Source: Eledone cirrhosa
Taxonomy: Eukaryota
Direction of reading: 5' to 3'
Length of the DNA stretch: 64,000 nt
Assembly: GCA_964016885.1 (NCBI GenBank)
Contig: OZ024740.1
Location: 270,630,001-270,694,000, forward strand
Made by a program: the position numbers and the translations under genes
Shown: piece after piece, positions 1-13,951 of the stretch
How the letters are laid out: each line of letters starts with the position of its first letter
How positions within the stretch are numbered: the stretch's first letter is position 1
Notes under the pieces: model-generated
The model's database searches: none
Told to the model about the DNA's origin: nothing
What the model saw: only the letters and a program-made list of their open reading frames with translations

Positions 1-200
1 GGCTCAGCACTGTTGCATGCTAATGAAATACTTAGTCTCTGCGGTCTATGTAACTATACACCTCACTGATATCTAAATAAATAGAGGATTAGTATGGTAA
101 ATGTTTGAGGATCTTTGTTATATCCCTAATAACAGCTGACCCTGTGGGATAGTTGGATCTAAATCATTTATCTATTGCTGTAGGTTATCTTTATCAAATA

Positions 201-1046
201 CTAGCAGTAAAGCCCGGCGTTGCTCGGGGTCGCTCAGTAGCTGTGTTAAAGTTACAATGTTAAGTTTCTTTCTTGGCTTAAAAACTGTAGAGTCTACTGT
301 GCAGACTTGCATGTGGTGTTGTTGATTAATATTCCCTCAACCAACAATATGCCTTATGAAGTTAAGAAAACATAACGATAACCCGAATGTTATAACAAAA
401 GAGGATGCTGGGGATAAAAACTGCACTGGTTATTTATTAACAAAGATCGAAAATGTAAACACTGCAACGCAGAGAAAAACATTAGCGTAACCAAATTATC
501 AGTTATGTCTGTCTGCACGCCTATATCACCTCTCTGCACGACTGTCTGTCTGCACGCCTATATCACCTCTCTGCACGACTGTCTGTCTGCACGCGTATAT
601 CACCTCTCTGCACGACTGTCTGTCTGCACGCCTAACGACGAAATATTTGCTTGTTTTACGTAGTCTTTAAATAGACTTGTTTTCAAGTAAAAATATTGTT
701 TTAAAATGCTTTTAAATGGAAATGAAGCAAAACGGAAGCTTAGTGTTCGAACTGATGAATTTTGCTGGCTCGACAACTGTTAAAGCCAGCGTAATTTTTT
801 ACGTAAGACGCTCAATGTAAACAGAACAAAGGGAAATAACTGATAACTTACGCTCAAAAATCGATACATTATATTCGATTTCGTCACATAGGGTGGGTCA
901 ATTTGAAATTTTTTTTTTCCGATGTCTTCGCTAGGGCTCAATGTACAAGTATAGCAATTTCGGTGCAATTCCGTGAGAGATTCTAAGAGGAGATGTGTGC
1001 CAAAAATCGATAGACAGACAGACAACCACAGTTTTATATATATAGA
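201..1046 (-). mobile_element. Non-autonomous Helitron
   Basis: Minus strand: 5' TCTATATATATAAAA + (GTCT)n; 3' hairpin cccgagcaacgccggg then CTAG; A|T insertion site; internal tandem repeat of about 37 bp x3 at about 507-633. Confidence 0.85.
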
Positions 1047-3455
1047 TTATGGCAATAAAACATCAAAACAGTGAAGAGCTGGATTTAACACTTAATGCTA
1101 TTTAGCTCCATGTATCTATACACTGAGTTTAGATTATACCAGGGTTGACTTTGTCTTTTGTCTCTAGGATTGATAAACTAAGATTGTGTTTACTGCATTG
1201 TGCCCTTTGCTATAAATTAATATAAAATGATGATGTGGTGGATGATGATGATGATGGTGATGTGGATGATGGATGATAACCATTATTGATTGAACCTTCT
1301 TCAGTTTCAACAATGAGAATTCAGTTGTTCAATCAATAAAACCATTTTTTTTCCACGTTTGCATGGGTTGGACAGGTCTTTCTCAGCACTGCATTTCTCC
1401 ACTCACTGTGTTCCTTTGTTATCTCCTCTGTGAGTCTTAGCAATTTGAGGTCATCTCTCACAACCTCTGCCTAAGTCTTTCTTGGTCTACCTCCACTGCA
1501 GCTTCTTTTCACTGGGATTTCCTGGCACTTCTTCACCCAGTGATCATCATCCGTCAGAATGCCACATCCGCCACACTGTTATAAGGCTAAATTTTGAATT
1601 CCAGGTACAGTCCATCTGATGACCTTCCCCACAATTTCTGTTTCCCTAATTTCACTCACACATCTTGGTTCAACTTGAAGCTATGATAAAAACACTTGCC
1701 CAAAATGTTATGCTCTGGGATTGCCCCTGGACCCTCAGGTTTGCAAAGTGAACTTCTTAACCCCTTAGACATGTCTGCATCCACTAACATTATTATTGTT
1801 GTTGTTATCATTTAATCTGAGTTAAAATCATGCCGAGGTTAACTTTGCCTTTCATCCTTACAGGGTCAATAAAATAAAGTACCAGTAATGCACTGTGGCG
1901 GATTTAATCAACTTTCCCCTCCCTTTCAAATTACTGGCCTTGTGCCTATACTAGAAATCATTCTTATAAGGGTTGTAGATTGGCAGTATCAGCAGAGTGT
2001 CGCACAACATGCTTTGTAGCATATTGTTATGTCCCTTCAGATTCTGAGTTCAAAATCCCACTGAGGTTAGCTTTGCCTTTCATCCTTACGGTGTCAATAA
2101 AATAAAGCACCAGTAACAAACAGGGGTTGGTTTAATTATCTTTTCTCTCCCCCAAAATTGTTGGCCTCATAGCTAAATCAGAAACTATTATTTTTATTGT
2201 TGTTGTTGTTGTTGTAGATGTCTTTTTTTTTGGAAGAGGAGGAGAACAGTGAGGGAGGTGTTGACTTTGAGCAGATTATATGAAATGTAGGAAAGGGTGG
2301 CAATAATGGTATGGCTAAATGGACCCACATGAACTATATATCTGTAGGCTGACTGCTATTTCTAGCAAGTCAATATGATATTTGTTGTACACTGGATCTG
2401 ATTTAATTAATATATTCTGCTGTCTTACAAATTTTTCACTTGTGACAATGTTAGAAATCATTGTTTATATTAACCTGATAATGCCCTATGCCAGCAAATT
2501 GGCAGTCATTAGAACATCAGAAAGAATGCTTTGTAGTATTCATTCCAGCTCTCTGCTCTCTGAGGTCAACCATGCCTTTCATCCATTCTAGATCAATAAA
2601 AAAAGTACTAATCTAGTACTGGGGTCGATTCTTCCTGTTTATCGCTTTCTTACTTCCATTCTCTCTGGATAAAATCTGCTGTATTCAGACCTGGAAAGGA
2701 GGTGGGCTCTGCCAAGTTCAAAAGATGCTCTAGAAACAATTCCCTCAGGAGTTTCAGGGATAAAGGGGAATAGAGCCCTGCTTTGGTTCAGTGATAGACA
2801 TAATTGATCAAATACAAAAAATGTGAGTCAATGAAATAGAATCTATCTACATGGTTGCTTGATTTATGAGATGTAGCAGCCAAATCTGCTTCATATTACA
2901 TTATAACACCTTAAAAAAAGAAAGACCACATTAGATAAAGTATTTCACAAGATACTGCGTCTTTATAAAAGATGGTATAGCCATGATTGTACTCAATCTC
3001 AGAGCTGATGTTTGGTTAGAGATGAACAATGACTATTCAGAATGTTATTAGAACCTACTTATGTCACTCTTTTATCATCTAGTTAGCTTTCCAGTCTGTC
3101 TCTACCATGTTGATGTTGATGTTGTTCTTTAGCCACGGACTAATGAAGCAAATATATGATCAGTCTTGCCAGCTTTGCATTATCCTTTCCCTTTGATAAG
3201 AGGATATATTGTGATGTACAGGAGATTTTGTTGCTGTCTACACCAAGTGGGGAGAGGGTTATCTTATAGTGCCCCTGTCATAGGCTAGTATCAGGTATTT
3301 TATCCTTGATTTGAGGAGATAATACATGTTTAGGGATTTAAAATTTTAACTGAATTTCATACATATTCCTTCATTGATTCTTTTGTTGATGTTATTGATA
3401 TCATAGACGAAATATATCAAGATGTTAATTTTAATATTAATCTTTCTTTCTGCAG

Positions 3456-3590
3456 ATTCACCAGGCAGCTTTTGAATATCTGATTGACAATATTAAATCT
3501 TATAAACCCTTGCTGTTACGTATAAAAAATCAATATGAAACGGCATTTGATACATTAGCAACTGAAATTGAATACCTGCAACCACTCAAA
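3456..3590 (+). CDS. TSNAXIP1: TSNAXIP1-like exon (IHQAAFEYLIDNIKSYKPLLLRIKNQYETAFDTLATEIEYLQPLK)
   Basis: tctttctttctgcAG acceptor, GTAAGC donor, 135 nt open, phase 0-0. Confidence 0.9.
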
Positions 3591-6500
3591 GTAAGCATTT
3601 GTCAGTATAGCTGTACATCCTCATCATCATCATTATTATTTAGTGTATATTTTCCCTGCTAACAAGAGTTAGATGCAATGTAGTTAATGAGATGTAATCT
3701 TCCTTATTAGGGATTGTATATGGATTTATGTCTGATGGACTTGCCCTTAGGTCATTTGTAAGTAGCAAATTAGTAACTAGTTTAACTTTAAAATGATTCA
3801 TATCTGCATTCTGCTGACACTTTCAGAATCAGCGTGAATCATTTTCATGACAAAAATATAGTTTCTACTGCCCGTCATCCATGTCAATATTTTAACATTA
3901 ATCTATGTTTTACTGTAATTTTGTGCATTTCCATCATCCGGTGGTCCTCCTCTACTATTACAATTTAACACATTATTAGGTACAAAATATTAATGTTTCC
4001 CATGCGCTATGATGTTTTTACTCAAAATACTTATAATTTTAATTATATGCTTAATTTGCTGAAAGTGATATGAATTGAAAACTGTTGTTGCATTCACTAA
4101 TAAACTAGCCAAATTTTTTGGTGAGATTACAAACATGATTAATTTTAAAGTTTGACATTGTCTAATTACTGATAAAATAATTATTTTTCAGATATTTTTT
4201 CAGGTTTATCATAAAATTGAGGAAATAACATTTATTTATTTATTGTGAGGATGATGATGAAATGTAAAATATGTATTCCTTTTATATATCCATTTACTTA
4301 TTTATTTGTTTAGGAGTGTAAAATATTTATTTCTTGTTTGTGTTATGGACTGAAATTCTGTGGTGCTCATACATCAGAATTTAAATAATCCTCAATGTGT
4401 GATTTATTTGTGAGCGGGAAACTTGCTAGACTACCAGATCAAAGATCACAGTTTAAAACTTGTGATGCATCATGATCTTAGATAAAAATATCTAACTAAT
4501 TACTTCAGTTTACCAAACTGAAGGAAGTCTGTTCTCCTATCATGAGAAATTAGAAAGAGTAATTTGTATGAATGATTTATACAAATATCTAATTAGTATA
4601 GTTAATATAATATGAAATATTGTAGGATATGTTATAACGGCTGATAATTTTTCAAAAAGCTGGTACAATGCAGTAGAAAACTATAAATAGCAATTGATGA
4701 CAAATACAACAAAACAAAATAATGTATTGCCCAGTGAATTTCAACATATTTCAGGGCTATTACCCTCTTTTCAAATGTAGAGCGGATCTGTCCTTCCTTA
4801 ACTGGTCTACGTGTCTGAAATATGCATGTGTGGAGTTGTTATAATAACCAGTCTGCCTCATTTCCCATTTATTATTTATCTGTGATTGCAAATGCATGAG
4901 GCATATTGGTTATTATAACAACTCCATGCATGCATATTTCAGACACATAGGTCAGTTAAGGAGGAACACATTGATTGCACATTTTATTTTGAACTGTTTC
5001 AGCTCCACATTTCCAAAGAGGGTTGTAGCCCTGAAATATCATGAAATACACTGGATAATACATTATTCTGTTTTGTTTTATTTGTCATCATTTTCCTTTT
5101 GTATTTTTCTATCGCATTGTACCGGCTTTTTAAAAATGATTAGCCTTTACTAAATACCTAATTATTCAAAATTGATGTAAAAGATGGGAAAAAAGAAAAC
5201 TGTCTCTCATGAAATATATCAAGTAATTAATTTCAATACAATTTTAGAATGAAATTATAAAAATAATGAAACAATATGAAGAAAAGATTGAAGTTATTGA
5301 AAAAGCTGAAAAACCAGGTATGGCAAATATTTTATTTTACATTCTTTTGATTTTCAATTATTATGATACCATTATGATATATTCTATTTTCTGTAATGTG
5401 GTTATGCTGGTAACATGACAACAACAACCAGTCCACTCTGTAAGGTGTTTGTGCTGGTGATACAACAAAAACACCCAATTCACCCTGAGCATTTTATATC
5501 AGAAATGAACACATTTTAAAGCATGAGTACAGACATAATTCGACAGCAAAAGATAAATAATGTCTACAGGTGTGATTCGATTGTGAATGAATCCTGATGT
5601 CATGACTATAGATGGTACCAGGGAAGAAAGAATGCTAAACATCTTGACTAGAAGTGAGTTAAATGCAATGTCTCAACCAGAATTCAAAACCACATTACAA
5701 ACACTTCTTTTTGATAACACACCAACCACTAACCCTTTTCATACTACAGGAATTGCTGAAGGCAGCTTTTATGAAGAATATTTGCTTCAGAAGAAAACCA
5801 CTACGTAAATTGCATTATAGAACAGAGCAATTTAGATTAATGGAAGATAGCTTCACTACTTTAAATGCCAGATTGAGAGCATTTCATCTCACATGATTTA
5901 TTGATAATCTGACTTTTTTTGTACCCCTGTTGTTGTCTGATTGGATGATTGATGTATTAGTTAATAGATTGGCTTCACAGCTCATATGTCATATTTCCTT
6001 AGAACAACATCCATTGTGTTAGTGAAGAAACAGGTTCATAATTAAATGAAGAAAAATTGAATAGCTCAGTAATGCTGTGTATACACATTTCTTTTAGGGA
6101 CACAGCATTGCCAAATGGTTAAGAAGTATGCTTTGAAATCACATGTTTCTAGGTTTATCCCACTGTATATCTTGAATACATATCCTTTACTAAAGCTTCA
6201 TGTTGACCCAAGCATGGTGAGTGAAATTGGGTAAATGGAAACTGTGTGGAAGTTCATCAGATGAATTGTACCTGTAATTCAAAGGTCCAGACATGTCACA
6301 CACTTTCACAAAGTACATTATGGGCACATGTGTCTGTGGAATACTCAGCCACATACAAGCACCGAGTCCATTCTGTAAGGTGGCCGTGTTGGTGGCGCAA
6401 AAAAAAGCACCCAGTTCACCCACTAAGGTGATCTTGCTGGTGACATGGCAAAAAGTGCCCAGTCCACTTTGTAAGGTTGTCGTGCTGGTGACACAACAAA

Positions 6501-9500
6501 AAGCACCCAATCTGTACCCTTAGATGGTCATGTTGGTGTCAATAAAAAGCACCAAGTCCACACTATAACATGGTTGAAATTAGGAAGTGCATCCAGATGT
6601 AGAAACCAAGTCAAAATACAGATCTGTATGAGCATCACATTGTCTCATAATGTGACAGCCTGTCTAACCCATGCAAGCATGGAAAAATAGACATTAAATG
6701 CTGATGGTATTGATGGTGATGTGATACTAATTCAGTTAATTGAACAATTGAATATTTATTGTTGGAACTCATGGAGCTTCATTAATTATTACTGTTTCAT
6801 TGCATGTTGTATTTATCCAAGGATTTGAACTCAGTACTTCATGCTAAGAAAACAATTCTCAAACAGCCTCTCTTTTATTACCTACAAGTAGTGATTGTTA
6901 ACCACCTATAATGCCTACGATAGTCAGCTGAAAAGTTCATAGGTTGACTATGAAGGATTGATGCTAGAGCTGTGAAATCTTGCATGCATTGATTTTAAGT
7001 CTTCTTATTAATAACTGCATTGTTTCTGTCCAGGGACTATGTTGAAAAATAAACCTTATTTGGTCATTTCATGAGCATATCTTGATCAGCTTGTGAACCT
7101 TTCAAAAATACATGAATAACAGGACACTAGTTATTTGAGAGAAAAGCTGAGAACAAGAGGAATATATCATGCAAGAGAGATATTTGCACTGGTATGTTCA
7201 TGTGATATGTAAGAGGAGCGAGGGTTGTATAAAAAGGTGTTGGAGCAATTGAAGTGGATGGAGTCTATCAAAGAAAGAGAGCAAGGAAAACATGGAATGA
7301 AGTTATGAAGAATGACCTAAAAAATACTGAACCTCATGAAGGAGATGAAATAGAGCTGAACTGGCTGCCAATATGCCAGTGCAAGTACTACAATTCTGAA
7401 AGTAAATGGAAGCTATGGTGTTGGCATCCAAATAGAGATAATATGGTGTTTGAGAGGTCTTTCAAGTTTGGTTGAACATGTGACAACCTCTCTAATGTTG
7501 ATGCCATAATAAAATGCACCCAGTACAGCCAGTAAGGTGGTGCTGGTGGTGCTAGTGCCCTGAAAAATGTTGTGGGAGTGGAAAGTTGATTAAATCATCC
7601 AGTGTGTTACTGGTACTTTATTTTAATAATCCTGTAAGGATGAAAGCCAAAGCTAACTTTGGTGGGATTTGAAATGAGGACATAAAGGGTCACACCTATG
7701 TCACAAAGCATGGTGTCCGTCTGATACTTTACTGACAACATTATTATTCACTAGGTCACTAAGGAGATGAAACCTATTAAAACATAGTTGTTGAGGTAAA
7801 CTCTTTCATCTCTGAAACAAAATTAATAGCCTGAAAAATTATAATTTTATTAACAGCCCCTCATCTCAAACATTTAACAATTTAGGAAATACTGTGTTCA
7901 TTCATTCATTTAATTATGTACTATGTCATAATATTTTTTTCTATCATCAAGGAAATGAAATGTGCTTCCTTGCTACATCTATTGTCACCACTACTTTAAA
8001 AAAAAAGAGATTTCATTGAAGAGTTTGAGACAATCAGTTGCTTTGAGGAATAAAAAAAATTGTAGCATTCCTTGCTCCTGATCTTTATCTGAAAGCAATG
8101 AAGATAGAGAAATTGTAAATTTGGTTGGTCGCAAGCTTGTAAAATGACAAATCAAAAGAGAAATGAATTTCTCATAAAAACTTCAGTGAGCTGAAGTTGA
8201 TAGGGGGGTTCTTAAATTTGACCTATCACATATTTCTATTTCACTGTAAACTCTTTCATTCACTTAAAGTTGCATTACCTTCAAAATTGCCATCGACTAA
8301 CACATATAACATGTAGTTAAAATTTCTTTAAATTTTCATTCTATTATTTCTTTTTTTGTTAACAAATATTCATCTTTATCATTTTTTTACTTTAAGTTGA
8401 CATTTTTCTTGTATTTTTTTTCTTACTAATTATTATTAATTTTGAACCATTTTGTTAGATGTGAGAAACTTGTTTCTGCAGTCAATATCCCTCAAACCAT
8501 CTCCACCAGCACATCGGCCATCATCCTCACCATTTCTATCATCATTATTACTTGGCGGTGGATTGGTAGTATCGGTAGAGGGTCGGACGCCATGCTTTCC
8601 AGCATAGAGTTACGTCCCTTTACGATCTGAGTTCAAATCCCGCCGAGGTTGACTTTGCCTTTCATCCTTACGGGGTCGATAAAATAAAGTACCAGTAATG
8701 CACTGGGTAATTGCTAGCCTTGTGGCTAAAGTAGAAACAATTATTACTTGGGAGGTGGATTGGCAGTATCAGTAGAGGGTCCGACGTCATGCTTTGACGC
8801 ATAGAATTATGGCCCTTTCCATTCTGAGTTCAAATCCCGCCGAGGTCAACTTTGCCTTGCATCCTTACGGGGTCGATAAAATAAAGTACCAGTAATGTAC
8901 TGAGTAATTGCTGGCCTTGTGCCAAAAGTAGAAACAATTATTACTACCATAATAATAATCAGCAGCATCATTGTCATTTTAATGACAAGATGGTTGATTT
9001 ACAATACATTATATTTCTATGCATCTTAATTCCAAAATCAGTATACTGTGTATACTTGTGTAAAAGTCAAATTTTTTCGACCATTTTTTAAGGTCAAAGT
9101 TATGGGGTCAACTATTACATGGATACTACTTTTGAGGGGTTTGAAATTCAAGCTAGAATCCAAAGTACCATATCAGTAGCAGAAGCCTAACTGGCCTCTA
9201 AACAAATAAAAACAAAAACACAATGAATTACAGTAATATTACCAATTCTATTCATCAAAACACATGTAACAATAAATAGCAAAATCCATAAACAAGGCTT
9301 TGTAGCTCTTTTAAATATTTACACCTGCTCTCTTACTCGATCCATCAAAATTAACAGACAGCGCTGTCTGTGAAACAAATTTCTCACCATGTAAACAGAC
9401 GATGAGACTGGTGCTGACGCATGTGTTGAACTTGTATTTGGAAATGAGGAAAGTATAAAGGTTTCAGGGATGCAGCCCATCTTGTGCAGACATTTTATTA

Positions 9501-12500
9501 ATGGTGATGTAGCAACTATCAACCGATATGTACTGCTCACTATTATGTGCTATTTTACTATAAGTAATAATCATTCCAGCTATAAGGTAGATTACAGTAA
9601 GGTAGGCACACATTTGGGTAAATTTTTTGTTTCAGACATGTATTTGCAATAATAAGAAAATTGCCTTAAATTCATGACAACTTAGTAACAGTGTTGGGGT
9701 GGTGGATTGGCAGTATCGGTAGAGGGTCGGATTCCATGCTTTCCAGCATAGAGTTATGTTATGTCCCTTTCATCCTTACGGGGTCGATAAAATAAAGTAC
9801 CAGTAATGCACTGTGATAATTGCTGGCATTGTGCCAAAAAGTAGAAACAGTTATTTCTATGGACAGGATGATGCCTTGACCTACATATATTGACCTGTTA
9901 TCTCTAAAATACCAGGGTTGACTTTTATACGAGGTCAATGGAAATTTCCAGATTTCTTTTACCTAAGATAGGGAGTCGACTTTTACATACGATCAACTAT
10001 TACTCGAGTATATACATTATATATGAGGTTTAACATTTCTCAGGTCTTATCCAACTATTCTGCTTCAAATCTCTTTCAGTTTCACTACCACTGTACTACT
10101 CTGCCTTCACTTCTACCTACACTACTACCATTTCATTGTTGTTTCATTGTATGCAACATCCATTCTCTATTTGTATTGCATGTTCATTATCCCAGCATAA
10201 TCATGTCTTTTATAAACATGTCCATACCATCTCGGTCTTCTCTCCTGTACACCACAACTTATCCCTCTTATACCCTGTTTCTTTCTCAACTCGTCTATGC
10301 TTGGTTCATTCACGCACATTGGCATTGCACATCCAACAGAGCATACTTGCTTCATTTCTCTCCAGCCGTCGCATATCTTCTGCAGTTGCTGCCCATGTCT
10401 CACTACCATGCAGCATTGCGCATCTCACACAGGCATCATATAACCGTCGTTTTGTATGCAGGGAGAAATCCTTCTTAGTCAACAAAGGAAGCAGCTCCCT
10501 AAACATCTTCCAACCCGTCCTTATTCTAGACACTATGGCCTCAGAACACCCCCCCCCTCCTCCCATGCTAATCTGATCACCTAGGTACCGGAAGCTATCA
10601 ACCACTTCTATAGAACCCACCTGCATTGGAAAAATGTATCTATCACTACGATTAATACTGCCAACTTTCCCTGTACATCTACTGCATACATAGTTTTCCC
10701 TACCTGTTAGTTTGCCTGCTATCCCACTACATTTATTCCAGCTCTTTAAGTCCTGGTGTCAAATCCTGCCCAGATCTATTTTGTCTTTCATCCTTTCCGT
10801 GTCGATGAAATAATATACCTGTCATGTACTAGGCGCAATGTAATGATCTTTCCCCTCCCCACCCCACACATTGTTGATCTTGTGCCTAAATTAGAAATAA
10901 TTATATTTACAGAATTAGTTGAGTTGCAAAGAACGAATTGGATGTTACAAGCCAAAGTCAATACTTTACAGAAAAATAAAGAAGAAAGTGCAGCAGCGAA
11001 AGAGAACGTGATAAGTGAAATAAAAAGGATGTATGTAAAGTATCGGAACATGTATGATTCTTGCAAATTGCTAATGAGAGATATCAAAGAATTAGAAGCC
11101 ATTACTAATCCAGTTGATCATGTTGATGTAGATGTTGACACACCTATTAAAGAGGATGATACGGACGATGTTACAACACTGAAAATGATCCTAAGGTAAG
11201 AAATATTATTATTGAATAGTAAGAGCTGCATTTTTAAAAGTCATTAAGATACAAGAGTCAGCTGAAAAGTTCATAGGCTGACCAAGATACTCTCATGGAA
11301 TGACCAAATGAGGTTTATTTTTCAACAGTACCTGAAAAGAAACAATTACTCTATTACTCTATTATGTGTTCCAGCTGACAGGCTGAGACTCTGCAGTTAT
11401 TAATAACGAGAGTTGAAATTGATGCATACAAAATTTCTCAGCTCTAGCATCACTCCTTCATAGTCAGCCTATGGAATTTTCAGCCAACCCCCATGTTGTT
11501 ATTTGACATCTGAAGATATCCTCTTCATCTCTCAGTTTCAATTAATATTAAAAGTCTAGATAACTGTTTCTTCCACCCCAGAATATCATCCCACTGGAAT
11601 TCTCTCTCTGCACATGTCTTTCTTCCAGATCAAAACTATAAAAAAAAATATTAACAATCTGAAGTTTTAATGATTTATCAATGATTTCTATCCTATCACC
11701 ATCATGGCATTGTGGCGTTATTTATTATTACTACTATTATTTTTATTTTATGAGCAGTTGTGTCTGGCAATGTCCAGGTTTTTTATGAAAGCAAAAATAT
11801 ATTTTGGCATATATTATCAGTAAAGTAGGATCACTGTGTATTTTCACTAAAGTAGGAAATACTACAGAATTTTCTTTGTATATTGTTCAATGCATGGCAT
11901 CAAGATAAACAATATTATTGTTTGTTTGATCCACTTGTGTTGTTGCTCATGAAGTAAACCTGTAAAAATGTGTGAGGCTCCTGTGAAAGTAGCAGAGGGC
12001 CACCCATTAAATTGTAGCACTCTCCTTGAAAACTGCATAGAATCAAAAGTATATCATGATCCTGTCAGCTCATAAAGATATCATTTGACGGGCAGAATTG
12101 TATTTTTTAATGTAGTTATTGAAGATTTCTGGTATATCCTGAAAAAGCAACATCTTCAGAAATTCAGAGGCTTTTGCATCATTGGATGGTAGACTTTGTC
12201 TCCTGAGCAGCATAGACATTGTGTTTCTGCTTCCCACTTCTTGAACAAATTCAGCAGCATTTGTTCATTTTTTTAATGGTGATTTGTGAGTTTCTGATAA
12301 TTTGGGGGTTATGGAAAAAGCCACCATCAGACAATTCATATTTCTTTGATTCATGCTGCTAATGTTTGATTATAATTTCATCCAATTTGCTGGTAATCTC
12401 CAGTTTCTTGTTCTCATGCAGACTATGTCTGTTTTAACCCAAGTTCGTATTATCCACTACACATTTGTGTGCTTATGCCAAAACTCTTTGTATCTTCTTA

Positions 12501-13888
12501 GCACTTAAACAAGCCTGTCAAGTGTCTTCACTTTCTTCAGATCAGTGTGCTTTCTTTCTCCCGTCTTCTCAAGAGGATTTTCCATACAATGATCTGGAAT
12601 GTTTCAGAGGAATTTGAAGTGATATTTACACACAAGTCATTCCAAAAATTCCAACTCCTACAAAATATATTGGAAGTTCACTCAGCAATGTTGTTGAAAC
12701 AATCTGTTTATTTGAATGCATGTGTTCTGTAGTTAGTTTTAGTCATATGTGTAAATGTTGGGGTTTCAGAATGTATTACAAACTATATCACTGAAGAATT
12801 AGTGAGTGTGTATTCGTGGTTTTGTCCTGTGGTGCTACAATAAAGAGCTGAACAGGGTTCCCAACTCTTGTAGTACCAACATAAATCTGACAATAATAAT
12901 GATATACATATAATTCTACTTTATCTATTATTATGTGTTGCATTTCTACAATATCTGTCTGTCTATAAATATAACAAAGGAAGTGTCGTAAGTAACCAGG
13001 TGGACCATAACGCACCAAAGTACTCGATACTGGGTAGTAGAGTGGGTAATAGGAAAAGAGTCAGGACCCTGGCAGCTGAGCTCCGGCCGTTTCGACAGCT
13101 AGGTCTGAACTAACGTGGTATTGTTAGGACAGCACTACTCCCAACTTTGCACAAAACATCGCTGCTTCAAACAACAAAACACTCCTCTCAAACACTCCTC
13201 AACAAGAGGTGCCGAGAACGTAACGTGGTCTACCAGTGCAATGTGAGGACAGAAAACTCTAACAAGGCCTACATTGGATTAACCGCCTCCGATTTTCAGA
13301 CTCAGTATTACCAACACTGACATGCATTTAGAAACCCGGCCCGGCGACACGCAACACCAATTTTGGGCCACATTTGGGACCTCCAAGACAATAACAAAAG
13401 CTACCATCTAAGTTGGAGCATAATTTCCAAGGCAAACTCTTACTCAGGAGGACACTGTCCCTGTAATTTATGCTCGGAGGAAACAATCCAAATGCTGTTT
13501 GTTAAGGACCAACTCTTAAACAAAAAAGTTGAACTTTTTACCGCATGTTATCGCATGTGTTGAACATACCTTACCTACACACCGCCTCACGACCCAGGTA
13601 GGTATCCCTATTTGCCGACTAAGGTAGAGGAAACTCCAGCATACTTAGGTAGAAGTAAACATTTTTCTTTCTTCTTTTTTCTAACTTTCTTCCCCTCTTT
13701 CTCCTCTTACTTTTCTTTTTTTCTTCATTAGTTGCACACGCCTTTACAGTTACAAAATGGCCAGATATTTTAAATAAGAATACTGAAATATAACAACTGA
13801 ATTTAAATAGTACGCTTGCTTTGTAAAGCAAAATAGTTTTTACCATTACTCTCTCTCGCTCTCGCTCTCACACACTCTCTCTCTCTCA

Positions 13889-13951
<63 letters not shown>

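Noticed and set aside
8554-8650. tRNA genes
   Set aside because: A/B-box-like motifs are SINE heads; no cloverleaf can be drawn.
11750-12780. Possible decayed transposase or LINE region (also 48720-49580, 37540-37860)
   Set aside because: Composition suggests old TE sequence but no diagnostic motif could be read.
13318-13320. In-frame TGA in the Naiad-like GIY-YIG as selenocysteine
   Set aside because: It is not at a conserved Cys position, the copy is otherwise decayed, and no SECIS was recognised.
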